Below are positions 1 through 10,738 of a DNA stretch of 64,000 nt, in pieces (position 1 is the stretch's first letter; each line of letters opens with the position of its first letter). Source of the stretch: Eledone cirrhosa (taxonomy: Eukaryota); NCBI GenBank assembly GCA_964016885.1, contig CAXHJY010001097.1, positions 158,354 to 222,353 of the forward strand, given 5' to 3'. The notes under the pieces are model-generated. The model had not been told where the DNA came from. It did no database searches and was given only the letters and a program-made list of their open reading frames with translations. Made by a program: the position numbers and the translations under genes.

Positions 1-52
<52 letters not shown>

Positions 53-93
53 TTCAAAATATTAACAAAAATAGACATTTGTATGATCAAGTA

Positions 94-160
94 TATTTTA
101 TTATACATATTTCAGAGGTACTGAGCTATCTTCAACAGTACGTCCTCATCAGATAAAATA
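94..160 (-). ncRNA. Type I hammerhead ribozyme motif (left arm of a foldback)
   Basis: Reverse complement of 240-306. Confidence 0.7.
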
Positions 161-239
161 AGACGAAGAATGACATACCCTGACATAGTAGATGGTTAAG
201 ATTCAGTCATGGTATGTCAGGGTATGTCATGCATCATCT

Positions 240-306
240 TATTTTATCTGATGAGGACGTACTGTTGAAGATAGCTCAGTACCTCTGAAATATGTATAAT
301 AAAATA
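240..306 (+). ncRNA. Minimal type I hammerhead ribozyme motif, Penelope-pLTR-like
   Basis: Stem [17 protein letters not shown]; CTGATGA 248-254; stem II GTACTG/CAGTAC; GAAA 287-290; near-palindromic short stem III followed by UA. Confidence 0.7.
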
Positions 307-444
307 TACTTGATCACACGAATGTCTATTTTTGTTAATATTTTGAATTAATATTAATAACTCTGGAAAACCATAGCTGTTGAGTGCTTCCCATATATTG
401 TAAAACTTATTCTTTGATTTATTCATTGAACCTTGTTTAACCTT

Positions 445-508
<64 letters not shown>

Positions 509-694
509 GTATGTAAAAGGTAAACAGAAATAACAACACAATCGGTACAGTATATGCAAGGTATATATTAGGTTAACGCTTGATATAGCAGGAAGAGGGT
601 CTTGACGTTTTGGATGCTAGTCCTTTATCAGAAGAAAGAGTGATGAATAAAATAGATATATATATATAGTAAAGCACTTTACGATTAGGATTAT

Positions 695-776
<82 letters not shown>

Positions 777-1375
777 TATTCCGGGTTGAATCAGAGGTAA
801 CCACAGTAAGTAAGGTACTCAATACATAGCAGAGTATAAAAGTTTTAATATAGAAGAGCTTCTCCAGGACTAGAGCTGTTTCATTCATGAGAAATCATCA
901 GGGAGCTGCTGTCCGAATAGTGGTATTTATATCTTTTCTTTTCTGGTGGTAGGAGAGGGTGGGGGTTGGGATGGGTGGAGGTCATTGGTTGAAGGATTTA
1001 AAGAAAAGGGAGTTCATTAAAAGCTAATTATTTAAAGCTATAGTAATAACAAAGGCAGGAAGAATACTGTAAACAAAATCATGTTTGGAATACCAATCCT
1101 AGTTTATCACTTAGACTAACAATGGCTGTAAGACTGGTGTCTACAGGATGGGTGGGGTTCAATGGTTTAAAGAAAAGGGAAATTCTTTAGAAGCTAATTG
1201 TTTAAGGCTGAAATAAGGGTGACAAAGGCAGAAAGGGTTCCATCAACAGATTCAAGTGTTGGGTGCTTCCCCTTATTGTGAAGTTTCTCTTAATATATAT
1301 TCCAGGTGTTGACAAACACATTCACACACTCGCCCGCGTACACACACATACACGCACACACACAACAAACATACA

Positions 1376-1568
1376 TAATTGTTTCTACTTTAGGCACAAG
1401 GCCAGCAATTACCCAGTGTATTACTGGTACTTTATTTTTTATCGACCCCGTAAGGATGAAAGGCAAAGTTAACCTCGGCGGGATTTGAACTCAGAATGGC
1501 AAGGGCCGTAACTCTATGCGCCAAAGCATGGCATCCGACCCTCTATCGGTACTGCCAATCCACCGCCT
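1376..1568 (-). mobile_element. tRNA-derived SINE (family 1)
   Basis: A-box-like TGGCAGTACCG, B-box GAGTTCAAATCC, central GCCTTTCATCCTTACGGGGTCGATAAAA; at least 10 copies in the window. Confidence 0.8.
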
Positions 1569-1644
1569 TCATACATACATACATACATAATGGTACATAC
1601 ACATATACAAATATATACACATATATATACATATACATACACAT

Positions 1645-4600
1645 ATCATCATCATCATCATCATCGTTTAACGTCCATCTTCCATGTCTGCATGGGTTTG
1701 GACGGGAGCTTTCCCACTTGAGGCAAGATTTGTTGTCCTGCTCGTATAGGACTGTCTGGCAGGTTTTCTACGGCTGGATGCCTTTCCTAACACCAACCAC
1801 CTTTACAGTGTGGGACTGGGAAGTTTTTACCGAGTTGCCTACACGGCCACATTACAGCGTGGACTGTGTGTTTTTTGTCGTGACACCTACACAACCTCAT
1901 TTGTTTCGGCCTGGATGTTGTGGCACCAACATAACTTTACATTGAAAGGGGCGGTGCGGATGGGGTGGGATGGTTTGTTAGAGAGGCCTACTGACTGTAG
2001 TAAGTTTTACTTTGTATTTAGGTAAGGCGGGTCTTCTCTATTACTGAGTACCGCCAAAGATCTCGGTCCAGTGACATTGTCTTGGAGAGGTGTAAGTGTG
2101 TGAGGTCGGAATTTATCAGGTCGTCCCAGGTTTTTCTGCGTCTGCCTACTCCGTGGCTACCGTCTATCTTTATTGCCCTGCACTTTTTTATACAGCTGTC
2201 GTCTTTCATGCGCATCACGTGACCATACCAACGTAGCCTTCTCTCGACTAAACAACATCTGATCCCTCTTATTTCTAATTTTTCCATTAGTTTGTTTATG
2301 CTTTGCCGTTCGCGTATATTATTATTACACATCCAGTGGAGCATGCAAGCTTCGTTCCTCTCTAGTCTGCGTATATCCTCTGCACACAATGCCCAGGTCT
2401 CACGGCCATGCAACATTTATGTTCGTATGCAGGCATCATACAGCCTACCTTTCATTTTTAAGGAGAACCCTTTAGCGACCAATAGTGGTATAAGCTCTCT
2501 GAACTTTTTCCATCCAGTTCTGACTCTAGCTACTGTACTTTCAGAGCACCCTCCCCCACTGCTGATTTTGTCACCCAGGTAACGGAAGGTGTCCACTATT
2601 TCTATAGAACCCTCTGCGCAATTGAAAGAGCTAGTATTTTTTGGGCACTTGCTGCTACTTATTGCACCAGAGCACCGGCCACATGTAAAATCTATGTTCT
2701 TAGTTAGCTTACCTGTGATTCCACTATATATTTTATGCACCCATACTTTGCATTTGGGACATAAAATGGAGTTTCTACCTACACCTTTCCTACACACTGA
2801 GCATGGCCATTTCCCGGAAGGGACCGGCGCCTTATTTTCTTTCCTACAAACTAGAACTTTAGTCTTAGCCAGGTTAATTTCTAGGCCGTGCTTCCATGTT
2901 TGGAATTTCTTCTCTAGCTCGGCCATTGATTCAGCTATGAGCGTTAGATCATCTGCGTATAGGAGTTCCCATGGGCAGCCGGTCTTGAACTCCACTGTTA
3001 TAGCCTGTAGGGCAATAATAAATAGTAGGGGGCTAAGAACAGAGCCCTGATGAACACCAACTTTTACGCTAAACTCTTCACTATATTCGTTGTTAATTCT
3101 AACCTTGCTGACTGTTTCTTTATACATGGCTTGTATAGCTCTCACAAGCCATTCATCAACACCTAGTTTTCTAAGAGCCCACCAGATAATGGAACGGGGG
3201 ACTCTGTCGAAGGCTTTCTCCAAGTCGACAGAAGCTAAGTATAGAGGTTTACTTTTAGCTAGGTACTTCTCCTGTAGTTGTCGCACAATGAAAAGAGCGT
3301 CTGTGGTACTTTTGCCTGACACAAACCCGAACTACATTTCATCTAGATCAATTCTCTCTCTGATTAGTTGCACTATTACTTTTTCTGTTACCTTCATGAC
3401 CAGGTCGATTAATTTAATGCCTCTATAGTTACTCCTATCTAGGGCGTCTCCTTTACCCTTGTAACAGTTAACGATGATGCTGCTGCCCCATTCTGTATGA
3501 CTTGGTTTACTATCCGGGTGACCATGGTGTGTCCCACCATTCCAGAGGCCTTCAGCATCTCAGCAACTATTTCCGAAGGCCTTACCTGTCTTCATATCTT
3601 TGATTGCCTTACTTATTATACTACCTTCAACTAACACTGCTGGTCCCTCTATTGGATCGATCTGGGGGAGACTATCCTTCTCCCATTTATTCTCCTCATT
3701 TAATAGCCTCTCGTAGTGACACTTCCAAGCTACCTTCTTATCAGCGTCGGTAATGGCAAGTATGCCATCATCGTTAAGTACACACTTCTCCCCGACAATA
3801 TCACGGTTTTCCTTGACACATTGCCTAGCAATCCTGAACACCTCACGTTTTTGGTCCTCGCGTTGTAGAACATGCTTGAACTTTCTTTCCTCTGCTTCCC
3901 TTCTTGTGAAGTACACTTGTCTCCTAGCTTCCCTCCTGGCCACTTGATAGTCTTCTCTACTTCCCCCATCCCGCCATGCTTTCCAAGCCTGCTTTTTGGC
4001 CTTGATTGACCCCTCCACTTTACTGTTCCACCACCATGTTACTCTCCTCCTGCCTACAGGCCTGCTTCAGCCACAGACTTCATCTGCCACCATCAGCAGG
4101 TTTGCTTTCAGGAATTCCCACTGATCCTCTACCTTGTACGACTCTAATTGCTCTTCCTTACTGTCGAAAGCATCAAGTAATATGCTTTGAAATTTATTTC
4201 TGGCTGTGGGATCCTTTAGCTTTCATATTTTTCTCCTGAGGATAGTCCTCTTCTGCTGTCTAGTACGTCTCGTCCTGACTATGAGGTCGCTAATTATCAG
4301 TCTATGTTGGGAGGTGCATTCTTCATGGGGGAGGGATTTAGTGTTTACAACAGACACTCTGTCACGTCTTCTGGTAAGAATATAATCTACCTGGCTGGTG
4401 TGTTCTCCTGATCTGTAGGTGATCAAGTGATTGTCTCGTTTTTTGAAGTTAGTGTTACAGATAGTTAGGTTGTTCGCATCACAGAATTCCAGGATTCTGG
4501 AGCCTTCCTCGCTTCTAGTACCAAACCCATAGCCTCCGTGGATTCCGTCATAGCCGTCACAATGTTGTCCAACGTGACCATTTAGGTCGCCAGCAATAAT

Positions 4601-5390
4601 TATATAGTCACTGTCGGTTATTTGGGAGGTAGTGAACATCAGTGTCTCATAGAATCTGTCTTTTATAGCGCCAGGCAGTCCGGATTGGGGCGCGTATGCA
4701 GATATTACTGTCACAGTAGTTCTGTTTAGAACAAGTCTTATTTTAATTATTCTGTCATTCACTCTATTTACATCTATTATCTTATCCACCCATTGTTCTG
4801 CTAACATGATTCTTACCCCACCTATCCCATTGTCATTCCCCACCCAGAAAAGCTTATAGCAACGTTTTTTACCCACAATGAATCTAGCAGACCCTCCCCT
4901 CCACCTGGGCTCTTGAATACAGCAAACATCAACCTCCTTACGTTCAAGCAATTCTACAACCTCGTTAGAGCGGCCTTTTAAGGTGCCTACGTTCACGGTA
5001 CCAACTCTGAAGTTTTGGATTGTGTTTGGAGGATAGGGCGCAGGGAGGGTGAGGGGAATGAGTTTGGGGTTATGTTGGCCATCCGCGGCCGAAACAAAGA
5101 GGGGGGGGGCCTTGCCCTTTTGTTCGGCAGCATGAGGTGAATTTGTTGTTATCTTTGGCATTGTCATCGAGTGTCCAGATTCTTCAGACTCTCCAGAAAT
5201 TCCTTAGTCCATCCATCATATCGAAAAGCAGCCAGTGGTGATAGCATAGGCCGTTGACTTGTGATTGGTCCAAATAGTAAAGGTGGAGAGTGGGGGCGGG
5301 ACGGAGGGATATGGGGTAGTTAGCAATGAGGGAGAATATTTAGAACCAGCGTGGAGAAGATTAAATTAAAGCAAGAATAGCAACGATTGT
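1645..5390 (-). mobile_element. RTE-clade LINE, near full length, disrupted
   Basis: APE endonuclease ORF 4223-5167 (NVGTL, GDLNGH, VDYIL); RT pieces 3560-4018, 2417-3322 (YADD), 2018-2416; (GAT)n tail; frameshifts and a stop; 5' boundary approximate. Confidence 0.92.
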
Positions 5391-5761
5391 AGATATATAT
5401 GGATGAATGAACGAGGTTTTAAGGAGACAAGAAGAAAATGTTCTATAATACATTACATTTTCGTAGAATCGACTGACCATTTAATAACGGTTGACAAGTT
5501 ATAGTAATAATTATAGTAATAATAATAAATTTGAAGACTAAAATATATATATATATGATAATAATAATAATTGTTATAAAATAAAAAGGAGGATATGTTG
5601 TCTTAAGTGGTCCCCAACATTTTCTGCTTCAAATTAACCCCTATTATATACAAATTGCAACGTATACCTTCCTGCCAGATGGTTGAACGTCCGAAAGTAT
5701 ATAATTTCCTTATGCATATTAACGGCTGAGTAGCCCAATTTGCATATCGGCAGGAAGGTAT

Positions 5762-5804
5762 ACGTTGCTGATGATAGCTAACAAGCTTGAAACTAGTACA
5801 GCGT
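5762..5804 (+). ncRNA. Minimal type I hammerhead ribozyme motif
   Basis: ACGTTG-CTGATGA-T-AGCT-AACA-AGCT-T-GAA-ACTAGT-A-CAGCGT: stem I 6 bp, stem II 4 bp, palindromic stem III. Confidence 0.7.
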
Positions 5805-6164
5805 TTCTTTGTCAGTGTTGAACAAACGAGCAACGATGGTTGCTGGACACTACGGCTTAATTTGGGATGTTTGTTTACAAACACACCGAGCATTGTAATG
5901 AATGTTTGGTGAATCCATACGTACATATATATATGTGTGCATGTATGTATATATACATACATACTACTGTACGTCTGTATACATATATGTATGTACGTAT
6001 ACATACTTATATTTAAGTTACAGCCGTACTAAGAGTGGGAAATGAAATTTCGTTTCATTTTTTTCGTTTATATATATATATATGTGAAGTAATTCCGTCG
6101 GAAAAGTCCAGGAAAAAAGAGTGCTCTATGTAGGTAACAGAGCTTAATAGTTATGTAATAAACA

Positions 6165-6508
6165 ACATAAGGCAGTAATACAGGGTACCCGACCTCCCAT
6201 GGGTACATGCTGAAGCATATAAACAATATGCCCCCCACCGCAAGGTGGTCGTGGAGGTGCCACGGCAAAAAAGCACCCAGCCCACACTGTAAAGTGGACG
6301 TGTAGGCGCCACGAAAAAGCACCCAGCACTCACTGTAAATGAGGTTGGTGTTAGGAAGGGCATCCAGCTGTAGAAATCAAGCCAGATCAGTTCCTGTATG
6401 AGCAAGGCATGGTCAGCCGACCAGACACTGCCCACAACAGGACAACCCGTCTAACCCATGCTAGCGTGGAAGAACGGACGTAAAACGGTGATGATGATGA
6501 TGATGATG
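6165..6508 (+). mobile_element. RTE-type 3' UTR fragment (second family)
   Basis: GGTTGGTGTTAGGAAGGGCATCCAGC motif and (GAT)n tail shared with the RTE copies. Confidence 0.75.
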
Positions 6509-6526
6509 AAGGCAATTATTTCATTT

Positions 6527-7222
6527 ACCAGTGGTTTCTTAAAAGCAAACAAATTTTAGAGAGTGAGGTACCACAGACATCACAGTGATATGGTTCCTCT
6601 CCTGTATATGTTAGTGTGTAGTGAAGCCACAACATTTAGAGAGTGAGGTACCACAGACATCACAGTGATATGGTTCCTCTCCTGTATATGTTAGTGTGTA
6701 GTGAAGCCACAACATTTAGAGAGTGAGGTACCACAGACACCACAGTGATATGGTTCCTCTCCTGTATATGTTAGTGTGTAGTGAAGCCACAACATTTAGA
6801 GAGTGAGGTACCACAGACACCACAGTGATATGGTTCCTCTCCTGTATATGTTAGTGTGTAGTGAAGCCACAACATTTAGAGAGTGAGGTACCACAGTGAT
6901 ATGGTTCCTCTCCTGTATATATTAGTGTGTAGTGAAGCCACAACATTTAGAGAGTGAGGTACCACAGACATCACAGTGATATGGTTCCTCACCTGTATAT
7001 GTTAGTGTGTAGTAAAGTCACAGAATTTAGAGAAGCATTTACCACAGACATCATAGTGATATAGTTCCTCTCCTGTATATGTTAGTGTCTAGTGAAGCCA
7101 CAACATTTAGAGAAAGATTTACCAAATATATCAAAGTGATATGGCTTCCCAGCTGTATGTATATGTTTGTGTGTAGTTAATGTAACATTCAAAGAGAATG
7201 GTTTCTCTCACATGTCACAATG
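6527..7222 (-). pseudogene. C2H2 zinc-finger pseudogene forming an 80-bp tandem repeat (~8 units)
   Basis: Unit starts at 6555, 6635, 6715, 6795, 6875; minus strand reads TGEEPYHCDVCGTSLSKCCGFTTH* and is 4 nt shorter than an 84-nt finger. Confidence 0.8.
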
Positions 7223-8050
7223 AGCTAATACCGCTGCTGGACACAAAAAGTTTCTCTAAAAATGAAAGGCAGGTTGTATGATGCGTGTATACGAACAGCA
7301 ATGTTACATGGCAGTGAGACATGGGCATTGTGTGCAGAGGACCTGCACAGATTGGAAAGGAACGAAGCATGCATACTCCGTTGGATGTGTAATTGTAATA
7401 TACATGAACGGCAAAACATAAACAAACTAATTGAGAATTAGGAATAAGAGGGATCAGATGCTGTTTACTTGAGAGAAGATTACGTTGGTATGGTCATGTG
7501 ATGCGCATGAAAGATGACAGCTTTATAAAAAAGTGCAGGGTGATCAAATTTGATGGAAGTTATGGAGTAGGTAGATCCAGAAAAACCTGGGACGACATAA
7601 AATCCAACCTTGCACACTTACACCTCTCTTAGACAATGTCACTGGATCGAGATCTATGGCACCACACAGTAACAGAGAAGACCTGCCTTCCCTATGTGCA
7701 AAGTTAACCTACAGTCAGTAGGCCCCTCCTAACCAAATATACACCCCAACCCACAACCCCTACTCCATGCTCCCACACCCACCAACACCACCCTGTCTCT
7801 GTAAAGCTATGTTGGTACTACAACATCCAGTCCAAACTAAAGAGGTAGTGTAGGTGTCATCACAAAAAGGCTCCCAGTCCACACTGGAAATGTGATTGGT
7901 GTTAGGAAGGGCATCCAGCTGTAGAAAACCTGCCAGATACAGTCCTATACGAGCGAGACACGGTCACCCGATCAATCTTGCCTCAAGTGGGACACCTCCT
8001 GTCTAACCCATGCTAGCGTGGAAGACAGACATTAAATGATAATGATGATG
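7223..8050 (+). mobile_element. RTE LINE 3' fragment
   Basis: Encodes KMKGRLYDACIRTAMLHGSETW, then 3' UTR and GAT tail; closely matches 50465-51272. Confidence 0.88.
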
Positions 8051-8244
8051 TTGATATATAGTGTATATAATAGTTGTAATGTCACTGGTGCCGATCTATA
8101 TCAGCCTTTCCCTTGGACAACATGACATATAGTCTATATATATTGGACAATATTATATATAGTGTATATGTGGTGTATATAGTAGTTGTGACAATATTCT
8201 ATATACATATGTACACACACACTGACAAACATGTATATACATAT

Positions 8245-8302
8245 AGAAGGGTCGGATGAGAAGTTCATAGACAGACCAAGTTACTCTCATGGAATGAGAC
8301 AA
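8245..8302 (+). mobile_element. Possible Tc1/mariner terminal fragment
   Basis: TA-GAAGGGTCGGATGAGAAGTTC resembles mariner TIR starts; no partner end seen. Confidence 0.3.
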
Positions 8303-8601
8303 TGTATACACAAATATATACTATATATATGTATACAAACACATATATATTGTATAGTGAAGTCATACAACATATGGTAATATCATATTTTCAATTGTCA
8401 GTTAGGGAGGTACATTGTGTCCTTAAGCAAGACACATCATTCCACATGTCTCTAATCTCCACAGCTGAAAAAGACAAGTATCAGCTTTAGTTGGAGGTTT
8501 AGCATGGGTTAGATCATTCACCTTCGTCATTTTGTCTGTAGGGTTGGCCTGAATCACAGCTCAGACTGAAATATAAAGTCTGGCCCTCTCCCGTTATTTT
8601 A

Positions 8602-8783
8602 TTGGCAGTATCGGTAGAGCGTCGGACGCCAAGCTTTGTAGCATAGAGTTACCTCCCTTTATGATCTGAGTTCAAATCCCGCCGAGGTTAATTTTGCCTT
8701 TGATCCTTACGAGGTCGATAAAATAAAGTACCAGTAATACACTGCGATAATTACTCGCCTTGTGCCAAAAGTAGAAACAATTA
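8602..8783 (+). mobile_element. tRNA-derived SINE (family 1)
   Basis: A/B boxes and central motif as at 1376-1568. Confidence 0.8.
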
Positions 8784-9309
8784 TTTTCGTTGTTTGATTG
8801 GTTTTTTCTTTTTTTTCCATTACGTAAATCTTTTATTACCTTTAATAATGTGTTTTGGTTTAATATGAACAGTTATATAAAATTAATAACGTTATTTATT
8901 CAAATCTGAATAAAGTACTAGCATATCTATTGAACGTATGAATCTAAACTATAATAAAAGAAGTAGCGCGGGACTGCGTACAGTTTCTAATTGTTTATCC
9001 CATTAATAAAATAAGTTAGATTACTTTGAATAAATAATGAATGAATATTACATAATTTATCTACTAAATTTCGGGGCTGTTGATTAAATATATTTTGTTT
9101 GTTTAAAAATTCTTCTTTAAAATTTCTGAAATGCCAACACTTCCGGTTGGCCATCACTTCAATAAACTATTAATTTTCTGTCACTAATTTTCTCCTAATG
9201 CAGTTTATATATAATATCGTCTTTTTTAACGTACCATGGATTACGTTACTGATTACATAAGACAGTGTAACACAGTCTTCGTTCAATTTCTGTGTATTAT
9301 ATATTGTCA

Positions 9310-9500
9310 AGGCGGTGGATTGGCAGTATTGGTAGAGGGTCGGACGCCATGCTTTGACGCATAGAGTTACGGCCCTTGTCATTCTGAGTTCAAATCCCGC
9401 CGAGGTTAACTTTGCCTTTCATCCTTACGGGGTCGATAAAATAAAGTACCAGTAATACACTGGATAAATTACTGGCCTTGTGCCTAACGTTGAAACAATT
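9310..9500 (+). mobile_element. tRNA-derived SINE (family 1)
   Basis: GGCGGTGGATTGGCAG head, GAGTTCAAATCC B-box. Confidence 0.82.
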
Positions 9501-10008
9501 ATATATTGTAAATTACGATTTTATTTGATGTATCATATCTACATGTATATATATATACTTGCGTATAATATCAATATACACACTACACATGCTAGCTGAA
9601 AACCACCCGAAGGTAGCATGTGTAGTGTGTATGTTGATATTACACGCAGGTATATATATACATGTATCATATATACCTGCGTATAATATCAATATACACA
9701 CTACACACGCTACCTTCGGGTGGTTTTCTGGTAGTTCATATAACGGAAGTTGTTTCTGAATGTATTAAATTATGTGGGGGACTTTTAAGTCATGACACCG
9801 GTGTCAACTGGACGGTGAAATATTACCGTTTATATCTGCTCCATTGTTACAACTTAAACCTCATCTAATTTTATCTTTTATGGTGATTATTTCATATTAA
9901 GGTGGACGTTAATGTTTGTAAATAACATAAGGTGACTTATTTACCTTATAGTTGTTGTTTTATCACCTGTATTATTAAATATTGAAGTGGTTGTTCAACA
10001 TTTTACAG

Positions 10009-10097
10009 GACAGGAAAATATTATTTTAATCAGAAATCAGTGAATATTTAGTTTTTACTAACTTTTCTTGACTTTATATTTGGTCTTGACAACTAAA
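10009..10097 (+). other. Predicted 89-nt non-coding 5' UTR exon of the ZNF gene
   Basis: TTTTACAG acceptor and AAA/GTACGT donor; same length and splice sites in three paralogs. Confidence 0.65.
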
Positions 10098-10244
10098 GTA
10101 CGTATTATTTCCTTTTCCACCACAACAAAAACATTGTGAACTTTTCTATCTGAAGTGAAATATCTTGATTTATTACAACACTTACACATATTTCTACACA
10201 CACACAGCTATTTATTTCTCTCGCTCATACCTACACACTGTATG

Positions 10245-10309
<65 letters not shown>

Positions 10310-10738
10310 TAACCTTCATCTTTTGTAATTATGGATATTAATTCTGTTGTCACCTGAACTGTCCTCAATAACAAGAACCTTAACTATAGAAGTCTTATTC
10401 GTCTGTTTTATGAGCTGAGGATTTTATTGTGAATAGAGCTTCTCTCACCTTAACAATAATAATAGTGATATATTCCACAATAATCACACTCACACACACA
10501 TATATATAAGCACTTGCCTTTTCTTCATCCAAGATCAGTCTTACACTGACATATGTCTTATTACTTTACCAATTAAATGCTACATTACAACTTTGTAGAA
10601 GAAGAAAGTGGACTTCTGCAGTCTTTTATGGACCCTTTGTATATTAGAATACATGGCATCTATTAACGATACCTACATTTCTTAATGTATCAGTAAAAGT
10701 GGTGAGACTCCTTTATGTAAAGATCACTAGCTAGAAAT

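Noticed and set aside
6555-7220. CRISPR-like array (also 29115 and 39107)
   Set aside because: Contiguous tandem units without unique spacers, no cas genes, eukaryotic context
9310-9405. tRNA gene
   Set aside because: A/B boxes are too far apart, no cloverleaf is evident, and it continues into a SINE body
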